Shown: positions 22,744 to 34,776 of the stretch, piece after piece
Layout of the letters: every line of letters begins with the position of its first letter
Position numbering within the stretch: position 1 is the stretch's first letter
The notes under the pieces: model-generated
What the model saw: the letters and a program-made list of their open reading frames with translations, nothing else
Databases searched by the model: none
What the model was told of the DNA's origin: nothing
Translations under genes and position numbers: made by a program
Assembly (NCBI GenBank): GCA_963733195.1
Contig: CAVTCR010000019.1
Location: 64,001 to 128,000, forward strand
Direction: 5' to 3'
Origin: an uncultured delta proteobacterium
GTDB lineage: Bacteria > Desulfobacterota > Binatia > Bin18
Length of the DNA: 64,000 bases

Positions 22744-24546
22744 CTAAGAATCGCGGACTCGTAACAACGCAAGGAAAGCTTCTTGTGGAACTTCCACCTT
22801 GCCTACTTGTTTCATGCGCCGTTTTCCCTCTTTTTGTTTCTCTAGCAGTTTTCTTTTACGCGTAATATCCCCGCCGTAACATTTTGCCGTCACGTTCTTC
22901 CGCAGTGCTTTGACTGTTTCCCGAGCAATGATGCGACCTCCGATAGACGCCTGCAAGGCCACTTCATACATTTGCCGCGGAATCAATTCGCGCATCTTTT
23001 GCGTTAACTCTCGCCCGCGTATGTAGGACTGGTCTTCGTGCACGATGAGGGAAAGCGCGTCAACGATCTCGCCATTGATCCGCATGTCGAGTTTGACCAG
23101 TTTAGCAGGACGTAAGTCGAGATAGTCGTAATCAAAAGAAGCGTATCCACGACTCACAGACTTCAAGCGGTCGTGAAAATCAATCACGATTTCATTGAGC
23201 GGCAATTCGTACTGCAACATTGCCCGATTCATCCCAGGATACTTCAGGTCTCGTTGAATCCCCCGCCGTTCTTGGCAAAGTTGGAGGACATTCCCCAGAT
23301 ATTCAGTCGGCACGTGAAGCGTGGCAAGGATGAAAGGCTCTTCGAGATGATCAATCTCTTGCTCCGATGGTAAGAGGGCCGGATTGTCGACTAGGATGGT
23401 CTCGCCATCTAACTTCACAACACGATATTCAACCGTCGGTGTGGTTGTTATTAAATCCAAACCAAACTCACGTTCCAAACGTTCCTGAACAATCTCCATG
23501 TGGAGAAGGCCGAGGAATCCGCAACGAAAACCGAAACCAAGGGCTAAGGAACTTTCCTTCTCATAGGTAAAGGCCGCATCATTCAGCCGCAGCTTTTCAA
23601 CAGCATCACGTAAGGACTCGTACTCATTAGGCTCCACTGGGTAGAGACCAGCAAACACCATCGGCTTTGCGGCCTTAAAGCCGGGAAACGGTTCAGCCGT
23701 CGGTTGAGCAGGATCGGTAATAGTATCGCCAACGCGGGCTTCGGTCACTTCCTTAATTCCTGCCATTACAAAGCCAACTTCGCCAGGACCGAGCGCCGTG
23801 ACTATCAACGGCTTTGGGGCAAATACTCCCACGCGCTGCACTTCATACAGCTTCCCGCTCGACATGAGCTGCATCGTCATTCCCTGACGTAATACACCAT
23901 CAAAAACGCGAACAAGAATAACAGCGCCTTGGTAGGTATCAAACCAACTGTCAAAGAGAAGGGCTTTCAGTGGCGCTTGCTCGTCTCCCTGGGGCGGCGG
24001 CACAACACGCACAATCCCTTCGAGTACCTCAGTGATACCACGTCCTTCTTTGGCACTCGCAAGCACAGCCTCACTGCTATCGAGTCCGATGATATCCTCG
24101 ATTTCCTTGCGTACGCGCTCAGGTTCGGCGCTGGGAAGATCGATTTTGTTAATCACCGGCAGTAATTCAAGATGATTGTCAAGGGCCAAGTAGGCATTCG
24201 CTAGGGTCTGCGCTTCAACGCCTTGACTTGCATCGACCACCAGAATCGCACCTTCACACGCAGAGAGGCTGCGCGACACCTCGTAGGAAAAGTCAACGTG
24301 GCCAGGAGTATCGATCAGGTTGAGATAGTATTCTTCACCGTTCTTGGCACGATAGCGCAAACGTACCGTCCGGGCTTTGATGGTAATGCCACGTTCCTGC
24401 TCCAAATCCATGGTATCGAGAAACTGAGCACCACTTTCTCGTTCGCTAATCGAACCAGTAGAGGATAACAATTTATCAGCCAGTGTGGATTTGCCGTGAT
24501 CAATGTGGGCAACGATACTAAAATTGCGAATATGATTAGTGTCCAT
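22744..24546 (-). CDS. lepA: Elongation factor 4
   Basis: [45 protein letters not shown]. Confidence 0.97.
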   Translation of the reverse strand: MDTNHIRNFSIVAHIDHGKSTLADKLLSSTGSISERESGAQFLDTMDLEQERGITIKARTVRLRYRAKNGEEYYLNLIDTPGHVDFSYEVSRSLSACEGAILVVDASQGVEAQTLANAYLALDNHLELLPVINKIDLPSAEPERVRKEIEDIIGLDSSEAVLASAKEGRGITEVLEGIVRVVPPPQGDEQAPLKALLFDSWFDTYQGAVILVRVFDGVLRQGMTMQLMSSGKLYEVQRVGVFAPKPLIVTALGPGEVGFVMAGIKEVTEARVGDTITDPAQPTAEPFPGFKAAKPMVFAGLYPVEPNEYESLRDAVEKLRLNDAAFTYEKESSLALGFGFRCGFLGLLHMEIVQERLEREFGLDLITTTPTVEYRVVKLDGETILVDNPALLPSEQEIDHLEEPFILATLHVPTEYLGNVLQLCQERRGIQRDLKYPGMNRAMLQYELPLNEIVIDFHDRLKSVSRGYASFDYDYLDLRPAKLVKLDMRINGEIVDALSLIVHEDQSYIRGRELTQKMRELIPRQMYEVALQASIGGRIIARETVKALRKNVTAKCYGGDITRKRKLLEKQKEGKRRMKQVGKVEVPQEAFLALLRVRDS

Positions 24547-25465
24547 GTGTCTGTGCACGGAAGAACTCGACCGTCTGTCGCAGCCCGTCCTCGATCTTGA
24601 CCTCGGGCCGCCACCCGAGAAGTTGTGCGGCGCGTCCCGCAGATAACACACTACGCCGCGATTCACCGGGTTTGGCGGGACCATGTTTCTCTGGTGCCTC
24701 TGAACCTGTGAAACGGCGGAGGTGGTTGAACAACACATTTACGTCAGTCTCAACCCCAGTACCAATGTTGATCGGGCCAGTGAAGTCGATCTGTAAGGCT
24801 GCGAGGTTGGCACGTGCAACATCGCCAACAAAGACGTAGTCCCGAGTTTGTTTACCGTCGCCATTGATGACGGGTTGCTCGCCCGACAAGAGTCGAGTGG
24901 CAAAAATCGCGACGACACCAGCTTCCCCGTGTGGGTTCTGGCGCGGGCCGTAGATGTTTGCATAGCGCAGAGCAACATACGGGATATGATGCTCAGTCTG
25001 GTAGTAATGCAAATAGTGCTCTCCGGTTCGTTTGCTCACTCCGTAAGGGCAGATTGGCTGTGTAGAGTGGGTTTCATCAGCAGGAAACTGTTCCTGCTCA
25101 CCGTAGACAGTCCCTCCAGAAGAAGCAAAAAGAATTTTTTTGACACCTGCTTCTCGTGCCCCTTCGAGCAAGTTCAACATCCCCATGATGTTAACTCGTG
25201 CGTCAAAAAGAGGATCTGCCACCGAACGACGCACATCCATCTGCGCAGCATGATGATTCAAAACCTCAATCTTCTCACGTACGATCAGCTGCCGTACAGA
25301 AGGGTCTTGAATATCAGCTTGCACGAAGTGAGCTTTGGGGTTTACATTCTCCTGCGTACCACTCGACAAGTCATCAACAACAAACACCTCGTGGCCAGCG
25401 TTGATATATGTATCAGCAACATGTGAACCAATAAAACCAGCTCCGCCAGTGACCAATATGCGCAT
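24536..25465 (-). CDS. NAD-dependent epimerase (UDP-glucose 4-epimerase-like)
   Basis: [25 protein letters not shown]. Confidence 0.9.
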   Translation of the reverse strand: MRILVTGGAGFIGSHVADTYINAGHEVFVVDDLSSGTQENVNPKAHFVQADIQDPSVRQLIVREKIEVLNHHAAQMDVRRSVADPLFDARVNIMGMLNLLEGAREAGVKKILFASSGGTVYGEQEQFPADETHSTQPICPYGVSKRTGEHYLHYYQTEHHIPYVALRYANIYGPRQNPHGEAGVVAIFATRLLSGEQPVINGDGKQTRDYVFVGDVARANLAALQIDFTGPINIGTGVETDVNVLFNHLRRFTGSEAPEKHGPAKPGESRRSVLSAGRAAQLLGWRPEVKIEDGLRQTVEFFRAQTHGH

Positions 25466-25483
25466 AGCGTCCTCTCTTCTCTC

Positions 25484-26428
25484 CTACCCTTTGTGCACCT
25501 TATCAGCAAAGAACGCGATCGTTTGTCGCAGTCCGTCTTCGAGTGAGACGCGAGGCTCCCAGTTATTCAACATGCGGCGTGCCAGGGTGATGTCAGGTTG
25601 TCTGACTTTTGGATCGTCAACCGGCAACGGCTTAAACACAATCGTGCTCTTGCTGTCGGTCAACTGAATAATCAACTTGGCAAAGTTAAGCACCGACATT
25701 TCTTGTGGATTCCCAATATTCACTGGCCCGTCATAATCCGAACGGAGCAAACGCACGATCCCTTCGACTAAATCGTTGACATAGCAGAAGCTCCGCGTTT
25801 GCCCACCATCTCCGTATACCGTTACGTCTTCTCCACGAAGCGCCTGAGCGATAAAGTTCGGGACTACGCGACCATCGCGGAGTCGCATGCGCGGTCCGAA
25901 TGTATTAAAAATTCGCACGATGCGGGTTTCCACCTTATGCGTCCGGTGGTAGGCCATCGTCATAGCCTCAGCAAAGCGCTTCGCTTCATCGTATACGCCA
26001 CGCGGACCGATCGGATTTACATTCCCCCAATAATCCTCTCTCTGTGGATGAACCAATGGGTCACCATAAACCTCGGAGGTTGACGCGAGGAGAAAGCGCG
26101 CATTCTTCTCTTTGGCAAGGCCAAGGGCTTTGTGGGTCCCGAGCGACCCCACTTTTAGGGTTTGAATTGGCAATTCGAGGTAGTCAACCGGGCTCGCAGG
26201 TGAGGCAAAATGCAATATCGCATCGACTGGTCCCTTGACGTAAATATAGGTCGTCACATCCTGAGGAATGAAGGAGAAGCGTTTATTGGGAAACAAATGC
26301 GCGATGTTATCGGCATTGCCAGTGATCAGGTTATCGACACAAATGACCTCATCCCCTTCATTGAGAAACCGCTCGCATAGATGGGAGCCAATAAATCCAG
26401 CCCCCCCAGTAATCAACACACGCGCCAT
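25484..26428 (-). CDS. UDP-glucuronate decarboxylase (UXS-like)
   Basis: [32 protein letters not shown]. Confidence 0.9.
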   Translation of the reverse strand: MARVLITGGAGFIGSHLCERFLNEGDEVICVDNLITGNADNIAHLFPNKRFSFIPQDVTTYIYVKGPVDAILHFASPASPVDYLELPIQTLKVGSLGTHKALGLAKEKNARFLLASTSEVYGDPLVHPQREDYWGNVNPIGPRGVYDEAKRFAEAMTMAYHRTHKVETRIVRIFNTFGPRMRLRDGRVVPNFIAQALRGEDVTVYGDGGQTRSFCYVNDLVEGIVRLLRSDYDGPVNIGNPQEMSVLNFAKLIIQLTDSKSTIVFKPLPVDDPKVRQPDITLARRMLNNWEPRVSLEDGLRQTIAFFADKVHKG

Positions 26429-26472
26429 ACAAAATATCCTTCTAATAAAGGAGTCACGAACCGCTGGCTGCT

Positions 26473-27786
26473 TTACTGCGTCACCCCGGCTCGGCCAATA
26501 GGATAATACGTGAATCCTTCTTGTTTCATCACAGAGGGTTCATACAAATTACGACCATCAAAAATAATCGGTGATTTCATAAGCTCACGGACTCGGGTAA
26601 AGTCGGGACGGCGGAATTCATTCCATTCGGTAACGATTAACAAGGCATCAGCCCCAGGAAGCGCATCGTAATTCCCACGATGGTACGAGACACGGTCACC
26701 AAACACCTCCTGTGCACGGGCGAGTGCTTCTGGATCGTGGACTGCAATTTCCGCTCCAGCTTTCAACAGCGCTTCAATAATTACGATCGATGGAGCCTCA
26801 CGCATATCGTCAGTCCGAGGTTTGAAAGCAAGTCCCCAGATCGCAAATTTCCGCCCGCGCAAATCCTTGCCAAAGCGCGCGAAGACCTTGTTTACCAGCA
26901 GTTCTTTTTGCTTTTCGTTGATGATCTCAACTTCCTTCAATAACGAAAAGTCCATGTCATACTCTTCCGCCGTCCGGATCACCGCACGCACGTCCTTAGG
27001 AAAGCACGAGCCACCGTAGCCTACCCCAGGGAACAAGAAATAATGGCCAATACGACGGTCAAATCCGATGCCTCGTCGTACATCGGACACATCAGCACCA
27101 GCTTTCTCGCACAAGTTCGCCACTTGGTTGATAAACGAAATACGCGTCGCCAAAAATGCGTTCGCTGCATACTTCGTCATCTCGGCACTGCGATTGTCCA
27201 TCACCAAGATGGGATTCTCCGTTCGCACAAACGGACCGTAGAGTTCCTTCATCAGTGACAATGCACGCTCGCTATTACTCCCAAGCACGACCCGGTCGGG
27301 CTTCATAAAGTCTTCTACGGCAGCGCCTTCTTTGAGGAATTCTGGATTGGAGACGACATCGAAAGGATGCGTGGTGTGAGCAGACATGGTTTCACGTACC
27401 TTGTCTGCTGTACCTACTGGCACTGTACTCTTGAGCACAACGATGCGGTAGCCAGGCATCGCTTTGGCAATATCCGCCGTTGCCTTGAGCACCATGCCCA
27501 GATCTGCCGAGCCATCGTCATCCTGGGGGGTACCCACCGCGATGAAGCAAACGAGAGCATCTTTTACTGCCGCAGCCAGATCAGTGGTGAAGCGTAAGCG
27601 GCCATCAGTCACATTCCGCCGAATGAGTTCTTCTAATCCTGGCTCATAGATCGGAATCTTCCCATTGCGTAAGTCAGCGATCTTGCCCGCATCGATATCC
27701 ACACACATGACATCATTACCGCCTTCGGCAAAACACGTTCCGGAAACGAGCCCAACGTATCCGGTTCCAACAACACACAGTTTCAT
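26473..27786 (-). CDS. ugd: UDP-glucose 6-dehydrogenase
   Basis: [35 protein letters not shown]. Confidence 0.93.
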   Translation of the reverse strand: MKLCVVGTGYVGLVSGTCFAEGGNDVMCVDIDAGKIADLRNGKIPIYEPGLEELIRRNVTDGRLRFTTDLAAAVKDALVCFIAVGTPQDDDGSADLGMVLKATADIAKAMPGYRIVVLKSTVPVGTADKVRETMSAHTTHPFDVVSNPEFLKEGAAVEDFMKPDRVVLGSNSERALSLMKELYGPFVRTENPILVMDNRSAEMTKYAANAFLATRISFINQVANLCEKAGADVSDVRRGIGFDRRIGHYFLFPGVGYGGSCFPKDVRAVIRTAEEYDMDFSLLKEVEIINEKQKELLVNKVFARFGKDLRGRKFAIWGLAFKPRTDDMREAPSIVIIEALLKAGAEIAVHDPEALARAQEVFGDRVSYHRGNYDALPGADALLIVTEWNEFRRPDFTRVRELMKSPIIFDGRNLYEPSVMKQEGFTYYPIGRAGVTQ

Positions 27787-27905
27787 GCCCTCTCCTATCA
27801 ACTGGAGATAGTTTTACTTACCAACATCTCACGCTTTTGGTTGAGGAAAATTGTCACTATTGTAGCACGTCTCGACGCAGGATGGCGTAGCGACATTCGT
27901 GCCTT

Positions 27906-28844
27906 TTACTCTAGCACTTCTTTAATGAGGTAGACAGGCTTTTGCTGGCTTTCATGATAGGTACGTGCGAGCATCTCGCCTAACAGTCCGGTCGAGACAA
28001 ATTGTACTCCCACAATCACCAATAAAATCCCGAGCCACAATAATGGCCGACCAGCCAGTTCCATTCCAAAGAAAATACGCTCAATGCCTAAGAATGTGGT
28101 AATTCCCCCCCCCAATAATAAGGCCAGAAGGCCGACAAAACCAAATAGATGGCTTGGGCGAGTGGCGTAACTAGAAAGAAACTTCACCGTCAACAAATCG
28201 ACAATTACCCACAGGGTACGAGCTAAGCCGTATTTGGAGATGCCCCGCTGGCGCGCGTGATGCGTCACCGGCAGCTCGGTGATCTTTGCGCCGAGGTCTC
28301 CAACCAGGGCAGGAATAAAGCGATGCATTTCACCATACAACTTTAGCTCCTTAGCTACATCACGGCGGAAGACTTTGAGCGTACATCCATAGTCATGAAT
28401 TTTCACTCGTGTCGTCCACCCAATAATCCGATTGGCAATTTGCGAGGGAAGCCGACGCTGCAGGAAAGGGTCTTGGCGATTGAGCCGCCAACCGTTGACT
28501 AAATCGTAACCTTCATTGAGCTTGGCAATCAAACGAGGGATATCCGCTGGGTCGTTTTGTAAGTCTCCATCAAGCGAGACGATAATCTCGCCATGAGCAT
28601 GATCAAACCCCGCAGCCAAAGCGGCAGTCTGACCAAAGTTCCGGCGAAAGCGGATCACTTTAATCCGTGCATCTTGCGCGTGAAGACTTGTGAGAATCTC
28701 CGCACTGTTATCGATACTCCCATCATCGACCAAGATCAGCTCATAAGTCCACCCTGTTGGATCGAGAACTGTCTGAATCCGCTCACATAGCGGAACAAGG
28801 TTCTCGGCTTCGTTATATACTGGAACGACAAGGGACAAATACAT
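27906..28844 (-). CDS. Family 2 glycosyltransferase (ArnC/DPM-like)
   Basis: VPVYNE, DDGS, RNFGQ, DGDLQND, two C-terminal TM segments. Confidence 0.9.
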   Translation of the reverse strand: MYLSLVVPVYNEAENLVPLCERIQTVLDPTGWTYELILVDDGSIDNSAEILTSLHAQDARIKVIRFRRNFGQTAALAAGFDHAHGEIIVSLDGDLQNDPADIPRLIAKLNEGYDLVNGWRLNRQDPFLQRRLPSQIANRIIGWTTRVKIHDYGCTLKVFRRDVAKELKLYGEMHRFIPALVGDLGAKITELPVTHHARQRGISKYGLARTLWVIVDLLTVKFLSSYATRPSHLFGFVGLLALLLGGGITTFLGIERIFFGMELAGRPLLWLGILLVIVGVQFVSTGLLGEMLARTYHESQQKPVYLIKEVLE

Positions 28845-28845
28845 A

Positions 28846-28964
28846 GGGATTGGGAATTAGGAATTAGGAGTTGGGGATTCAGGGACCATTTCTCATTTCT
28901 GAATTGTTATCTAAAGGGTTAAAGCTTTTTCTTACCAAATCCTAAATCCCTGTTCCAACCCCTA
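28846..28964. repeat. Fold-back element of 7-bp periodic G-rich and C-rich tracts
   Basis: gggattgggaattaggaattaggagttgggga ... ccaaatcctaaatccctgttccaacccctag. Confidence 0.65.
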
Positions 28965-29867
28965 GAACTCAGTGAGACTCACAAACTGTCTGTATCTGCG
29001 CTCAATATCATCACGGGTGAGGGTGCGGAGGCGATTGAGGCTAAAGTCTTCCACCACGAATGACGCGACAACGCTACCATAAACGATCCCTTTGCGAACA
29101 TTGGTTTCTGAGAGATCACCCGACGCCGCTAGATACCCCATCATTCCACCGGCGAACGAGTCACCCGCTCCAGTGGGATCGAATACTTCTTCGAGTGGAT
29201 ATGCTGGTACGGCGAAGACTGAGTTGGGAGAGAATGAGAGGACACCATACTCTCCGCGCTTTACGAGGAGCGTCTTCGGTCCCATACCCAGGATTTTACG
29301 CGCGGAACGGACGACATTGGCCTCACCACTCAACATGCGTGCTTCCTCATCGTTGATCACCAACATCTCTACACGTTTGAGGAGGGCTTCGAGTTCTTTC
29401 CGTGCGCCTTGAATCCAGTGGGTAATCGTATCGCAGGCAATCAGCCGTGGTGTCGTCGTGAGCTGATCAAGCACACCATCTTGCAGACCAGGATTAATGT
29501 TGGCGAGAAACACAAACGGAGAATTTCGATAGCCTTGGGGCAGCACAGGAGAAAACGTCGAGAAGACATTCAGTTGCAGGTCCAAGGTGTCGCGTATGTT
29601 CATGTCTTCATGGTACCGACCTGTCCAACGGAAGGTTTTCCCTTTACTCACAGAGAGTCCTTCGAGATCAATATTCCGCGAAGCTAAGAAGTCTTTTTCT
29701 TTTGCAGGAAAGTCTTCGCCAATGACAGCTACCAGTTTGACTGGGGCAAAGTAGCTCGCCGCAACCGCGAAGTATGACGCCGATCCTCCCAACACTTCGT
29801 CAGCTCGACCGTGATGCGGAGTCTCGATCGTATCAAAGGCTACCGACCCAACGACCAAAATACTCAT
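28962..29867 (-). CDS. PfkB-family carbohydrate/nucleoside kinase
   Basis: GGSASY, NDEEA, DPTGAGDSFAGG. Confidence 0.9.
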   Translation of the reverse strand: MSILVVGSVAFDTIETPHHGRADEVLGGSASYFAVAASYFAPVKLVAVIGEDFPAKEKDFLASRNIDLEGLSVSKGKTFRWTGRYHEDMNIRDTLDLQLNVFSTFSPVLPQGYRNSPFVFLANINPGLQDGVLDQLTTTPRLIACDTITHWIQGARKELEALLKRVEMLVINDEEARMLSGEANVVRSARKILGMGPKTLLVKRGEYGVLSFSPNSVFAVPAYPLEEVFDPTGAGDSFAGGMMGYLAASGDLSETNVRKGIVYGSVVASFVVEDFSLNRLRTLTRDDIERRYRQFVSLTEF

Positions 29868-29882
29868 GCTATTCTTCCTTTA

Positions 29883-30743
29883 CTACTCGCCAAGATATTT
29901 GCCAACGAAAATCGCCAGCTCCTGCTTCACTGATTGTGGGATCATCGCGCGATCGGTGATGATTGCGTCCTTCAAGGCATGGCCACAAGGACACGCACGT
30001 GCTGCCGGCAATTGCGGGATTACCTGAGCGATGATGTGCTGTGCAGTGGTAACGTTTTGGTTGAGGATTACCAGGATCTCTTCAATCACCACGTCTCCAG
30101 CTTCAGTATTCCAGCAATCGTAGTCAGTCGCCAAAGCTAATGTCGCGAAACAGATTTCTGCCTCTCGTGCCAGTTTAGCTTCTTGGAGGTTCGTCATACC
30201 AATAACATCGGCCCCCCAGCTACGGTACAGAAACGATTCGGCGCGAGTTGAAAACTGCGGCCCTTCCATGCAGACATATGTCCCACCGATATGCACTGTT
30301 GCACTGACACTGCGGGCCACACTGCCAAGGAGTTGGAGCAGATCACTACACACCGGGTCAGCGAAGGCAACATGCGCGACAATACCACGCCCAAAGAACG
30401 TACTGATGCGTCCGCGGGTGCGATCGATAAATTGGTCAGGCAAAACCAGGTGGCCTGGTGCGATCTCTTTCTTCAAGCTGCCGACCGCGCTCACGGCAAT
30501 GAGCCGCTCGACCCCGAGTTGCTTCATGCCATAAATGTTGGCACGAAAGTTTAACTCAGAGGGAAGGAGGCGATGCCCTCGACCATGTCGAGGAAGAAAC
30601 ACGACCTTCACACCACTCATCTCACCAACAAAATAGTCATCCGAGGGATCACCAAAAGGCGTGGTGACTTTCACCCATTCACCACGTTCGATACCGCTCA
30701 TCTGGTAGAGCCCACTGCCACCGATCACACCAAGAGTTATCAT
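29883..30743 (-). CDS. mtnP: S-methyl-5'-thioadenosine phosphorylase
   Basis: IGGSG, RHGRGH, EGPQFSTRAES, GMT, TDYDCW. Confidence 0.93.
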   Translation of the reverse strand: MITLGVIGGSGLYQMSGIERGEWVKVTTPFGDPSDDYFVGEMSGVKVVFLPRHGRGHRLLPSELNFRANIYGMKQLGVERLIAVSAVGSLKKEIAPGHLVLPDQFIDRTRGRISTFFGRGIVAHVAFADPVCSDLLQLLGSVARSVSATVHIGGTYVCMEGPQFSTRAESFLYRSWGADVIGMTNLQEAKLAREAEICFATLALATDYDCWNTEAGDVVIEEILVILNQNVTTAQHIIAQVIPQLPAARACPCGHALKDAIITDRAMIPQSVKQELAIFVGKYLGE

Positions 30744-30753
30744 CTCTTCTCTC

Positions 30754-31867
30754 TTATCTGGATACAGAGAAAGGAGACAGAGAGCCCGCTCCTTCCCTCT
30801 CTGTCTCTATCTCTAATCTCTGTCTGGTCTGGGGCTGCGGACTCGGAGGGGAGAATTGTGCCGCCAGTTGTCCACACGCCGCCTGCGCGTCTTGTCCACG
30901 GCTTTCGCGGATCGTCGCATGGATACCTTTATCGAGAAGAATCTGGCGAAAATGATCAATCTGTGGTCGCGGCGTGGGCAGAAACTGCGCACCGGGAAAT
31001 GGATTAAACGGAATAAGATTCACTTTCGCACGCATCCCATGCAGCAATCGTGTCAACCGTCGCGCGTCATCACCACTGTCGTTCACGCCTTTGAGCATCG
31101 TATAGGCAAAGGTCACACGCTTGCGGGGAGACATCGGTAAAGTACGGCACGTCGCTAAAAGCTGCTCAAGCGGAAATCGCCGATTCACCGGCATCAACGT
31201 ATTGCGCAGTTCGTTGGTCGTCGCAGTGAGTGACACGGTAAGATTCACATTGGTCTCTGATAACAGACGGTGCATCTGTGGCACTAAGCCAACGGTTGAT
31301 ACCGTCACGCGACGTGGCGAAAAATTGAACCCCCAGTCGGCAGTGATAATCCCCAGTGCCTTCACCACATGATCGTAATTCGCTAACGCCTCCCCCATAC
31401 CCATGAAGACGAGATTCGTCAGCTTTTGTTCAGCGTGCAACGTTTGCTGGACTTCCCATATTTGACTCACAATCTCCGCTTCCGTTAGATCACGCACTGG
31501 TCGTACTTGTGCAGTCGCGCAGAAACGGCAGCCCATCGCGCATCCTACCTGTGAGGAAATACACAAGGTGAGACGATCTTCTGCAGGAATGAGGACAGTT
31601 TCGATCTGGCGATTATCAGCCAGCGCGAAGAGGAACTTTCGTGTGCTATCATTGGCCTGGCGTCATTCGCACGCATGTGAGTCGATCCACAGAGAACGCT
31701 TGCGCTAACAGTGCCCGCAGAGACAGCGACAAATCGCTCATCTCGTCAAACGTAGTAGCACCACGCTGGTACAGCCACTTGAGTATTTGCCCAGCGCGAT
31801 ACGGCTTCTCGCCGTGCTCCACAAGCCAGGTTTCGAGATCGGTCTTAGTGAGGCTTTTGATATCCAT
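30754..31867 (-). CDS. rlmN: Dual-specificity RNA methyltransferase RlmN; apparent frameshift near 31650
   Basis: CISSQVGCAMGCRFC, MGMGE, NLIPFN, AACGQL; N-terminus in ORF 31649..31873. Confidence 0.92.
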
Positions 31868-31929
31868 ATGCACGTAAGGCGTAATATGTAAAACGTAACT
31901 GAGAGGCTGGGTGGTTACTCGTTCACGCT

Positions 31930-32352
31930 TTACGATTTTGCGATTTCCATCTCACTAAAGAAATAGCCGATTTCCCACTTTGCAGTGTCTGGACCATCAG
32001 AGCCATGCACAGCATTTTTCTCTACATCAGTGGCCCAATCTTTACGGATTGTCCCGGCATCGGCTTTAGCTGGGTCGGTCGCACCCATCAGTCGGCGGTT
32101 AGTCTGGATCGCATCTTCACCTTCAAGTACCGAAATGAGCACCGGACCGGAAGACATAAAGTCGGTCAGGCTGTTGAAGAAAGGGCGTTCTCTATGCACG
32201 GCATAGAACCCTTGGGCTTGGGCTTTACTGAGGGTCGTCATCCACGCTGCGACGATTTTCAATCCTGCATTTTCAAAGCGGCGGAGAATGTCGCCAATAG
32301 CATTCTTTTTCACCGCATCTGGCTTCACAATTGACAGTGTACGTTCCTTCAT
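31930..32352 (-). CDS. ndk: Nucleoside diphosphate kinase
   Basis: [23 protein letters not shown]. Confidence 0.97.
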   Translation of the reverse strand: MKERTLSIVKPDAVKKNAIGDILRRFENAGLKIVAAWMTTLSKAQAQGFYAVHRERPFFNSLTDFMSSGPVLISVLEGEDAIQTNRRLMGATDPAKADAGTIRKDWATDVEKNAVHGSDGPDTAKWEIGYFFSEMEIAKS

Positions 32353-32427
32353 GACTTTCCTCTTTCTAACGGTCGCAACAATGTATCGGTGCCCTGAGAA
32401 GGGGTCAACGAGGTTACAGGTCACCGT

Positions 32428-33333
32428 CTAGCTGTTCTGCCGCGCTCGTAGAATCCCCACCAAAACCAGTGCTCCACCCAACGCTTGCCACGGTTCCAAT
32501 ACCTCACCCAAGAGAAGCCAGGCAAAGATAGTCGCCATCACAGGTTGTAACAGCAACCCAACCGATGAGAAGGCCGCTGGTAAATGGGCTAACGCATAGG
32601 CAATCAGACTCTGGCCGCTCACTTGTGAAATCAACGCTAACCCGAGCAGAACACTCCAGCCTCTGCCGGTCGTCGGCACGATCTCCTCGTCCGAAAGCAA
32701 CGCGATAGGAAAGAGCGCGAGCGCAGTCACAGTTCCTCCCCACGCCATGATGGTGGCAACAGGCAATTCTTCCCGTAATTGTTTGACGGTAAGAATATAG
32801 CCCGCATAGAACACCGCTGTGATCAATCCTAATGCATCACCCCACAAATGGCGAAGACTCATCTGCAAGCTGGAGCCAACCATCAGGCTGGTGCCAATGA
32901 GCGCCAAGACCATCGCCATAAGGAAAGAGCGATTCACCCGCTGACCGAACACCAACCAGGCTCCGAGTGCAACAAAGATCGGGGCAAAGTTCGCCAATAG
33001 TGTCGAGTTAGCAACCGAGGTAAAAAGAATAGACCAATGCCAGACCGACAAATCGCCAGCGAAGAAGAGACCAGCAAGAGCGAGCTGACCATACGGTATA
33101 TTACTGACAACTTTTTGTGAGTTACTATGATTTCGCTGCTCGTATACCGCCCATAAGCAAAAGGCGGGAAGTGCAAGCATTAGCCGCCAAAATGCCGTTG
33201 CCACGGGTCCGACCTCACTGAGGCGGACAAAAATCGGCGCAAAGGCAATCGCTGTCGCTCCGGCAAACAGAGCAACGAGCGACGTTGTGCTGCCTTCAGT
33301 GATCGAGGAAAAGCTGACAGCTTGAGACTTCAT
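32428..33333 (-). CDS. DMT/EamA-family transporter
   Basis: About ten hydrophobic segments in two repeats; LLGE motif. Confidence 0.88.
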   Translation of the reverse strand: MKSQAVSFSSITEGSTTSLVALFAGATAIAFAPIFVRLSEVGPVATAFWRLMLALPAFCLWAVYEQRNHSNSQKVVSNIPYGQLALAGLFFAGDLSVWHWSILFTSVANSTLLANFAPIFVALGAWLVFGQRVNRSFLMAMVLALIGTSLMVGSSLQMSLRHLWGDALGLITAVFYAGYILTVKQLREELPVATIMAWGGTVTALALFPIALLSDEEIVPTTGRGWSVLLGLALISQVSGQSLIAYALAHLPAAFSSVGLLLQPVMATIFAWLLLGEVLEPWQALGGALVLVGILRARQNS

Positions 33334-33395
33334 ATTGTAGGCATTTTCGGTAACGACTATTCCTCAATGCATGATTTTCGACAACTCCCTACCTG

Positions 33396-33552
33396 GCCTA
33401 ACAGGAGTGAAGTTGCGCTTGCCCTGGCAACAGCAAAGGTGGTACAGGGTGAGGAGTTTTTGTGATCAAGTTGCGAGGCTGCGTGGTCGTGATGGGCTGC
33501 GTGACTGCACGGCAATTACACCGGGCATTCGGCAGCCCGTATAGCGTTGGCC
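33396..33552 (+). mobile_element. Degenerate attC-like site upstream of the BrnT cassette
   Basis: GCCTAAC at 33396; weak internal complementarity; GTTGGCC at 33546. Confidence 0.35.
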
Positions 33553-33580
33553 TTCTTATCGATGAAACTATACGCAGTCA

Positions 33581-33609
33581 TTGCGAAATATGCATAATAT
33601 ACATACTAT
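33581..33609 (+). promoter_or_regulatory. Sigma70-like promoter of the brnTA module
   Basis: TTGCGA-17 bp-TACTAT; AT-rich imperfect palindrome in the spacer may be an operator. Confidence 0.55.
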
Positions 33610-33616
33610 TGATACG

Positions 33617-33888
33617 GTGGAGAGCAACTTTGATCCCACGAAGACCGCCATTAACTTGCGTAAACGCGGCGTGTCGCTCGCGGAGGGTGACGGTGTCCTG
33701 AACGATCCTTTAGCACTCACGATTGAGGATGACTCTGCACGGGGCGAGCAGCGGTTTGTCTCTATCGGCATGAACACTTTCGGTCGGGTGATGGTCGTCG
33801 TCTACACATATAGGGCGAGAACACCCGTTTGATCTCGGTGCGACACGCGGAACCCAAAGAGAGACGATCCTATGAAAAAGGAGTATGA
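33617..33888 (+). CDS. BrnT-family toxin (DUF497); apparent frameshift near 33815
   Basis: FDPTKTAINLRKRGVSL, EQRFVSIG, VVVYTYR, then RLISVR in the shifted frame. Confidence 0.8.
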
Positions 33889-34121
33889 CTTTTCTAAAGC
33901 AAGCGGGAGCTGTACAGCCCACGACGGGTAAAACTCGCATCACCCTCTATCTTGACAACGACGTGCTGGAACATTTCGCACGGTGTCAGAGAAGACAGGG
34001 CGTGGATATCAAACACTCATCAACGAAGCGCTCAAGACCCAAGTTGGACGTACGGAGCAGCCGTTGACGCCGGAGGTGGTGCGGCGCATCAGTGCGCGAA
34101 GAGTTGGCCTTGCAGAGCTAG
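33872..34121 (+). CDS. BrnA-family antitoxin; apparent frameshifts
   Basis: MKKEYDFSKA, KTRITLYLDNDVLEHF, GRGYQTLINEALK, VREEL. Confidence 0.8.
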
Positions 34122-34123
34122 AG

Positions 34124-34222
34124 GGCTCACGAGAGGCTCCACCGCATCACCGCCCACGAGCGGTTCCTGTTGAACCCGAACAGACACGACTGGGCGGCTC
34201 GCGGTGTGCGGGAGCGTTAACC
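34124..34222 (+). mobile_element. attC-like site (family member C)
   Basis: GGCTCAC...CCACCGCATCACCGCCC...TGGGCGGCTCGCGGTG...GTTAACC; closely similar to 46983-47079. Confidence 0.7.
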
Positions 34223-34251
34223 AGCATCACAAAGCGATAGGTTATCAAACC

Positions 34252-34758
34252 ATGCCGAATCTATCCTATCTCTCTCCAAAGACGACGATCCGAGACAGTC
34301 CGATTCATGGCCGGGGCCTCTTTGCCGTAGCCCCAATTGCCAAAGATGAGATTGTAGCGATCAAGGGCGGCTATATTTTTGACCGCCTCACGCGTGAGGG
34401 TATCGCCGCGTCGCTCGGCCCGGCAGAAATCTTTGTGGCCGACGGGTTCTTTATTGGCCCATTGGTTGAACACGAGAGAGAGGGCGGAATGATCTTTAGC
34501 AATCATTCGTGTGACCCCAACATCGGAGTCCAAGGACAGATTGTGTTCGTGGCCATGAGAGACATTCAAGCCGGGGAAGAGCTGACGCATGATTGGGCCA
34601 CGACGGACGATGACGACTATGAGGAGCCATGTCACTGTGGAGCGCCCAATTGCCGGAAGGTGATCACTGGTCAGGACTGGCGGAGGAAAGATTTACAGGA
34701 GAAGTATTGGGAGTATATGTCGTGGTACTTGCAGCGGAAGATCAAACAAGAAAATTAA
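34252..34758 (+). CDS. SET-domain protein-lysine methyltransferase
   Basis: SPIHGRGLFA, NHSCDPN, RDIQAGEELTHDW, post-SET CHCGAPNCR. Confidence 0.9.
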   Translation: MPNLSYLSPKTTIRDSPIHGRGLFAVAPIAKDEIVAIKGGYIFDRLTREGIAASLGPAEIFVADGFFIGPLVEHEREGGMIFSNHSCDPNIGVQGQIVFVAMRDIQAGEELTHDWATTDDDDYEEPCHCGAPNCRKVITGQDWRRKDLQEKYWEYMSWYLQRKIKQEN

Positions 34759-34776
34759 CGTACGGTCGCTAAGGCT

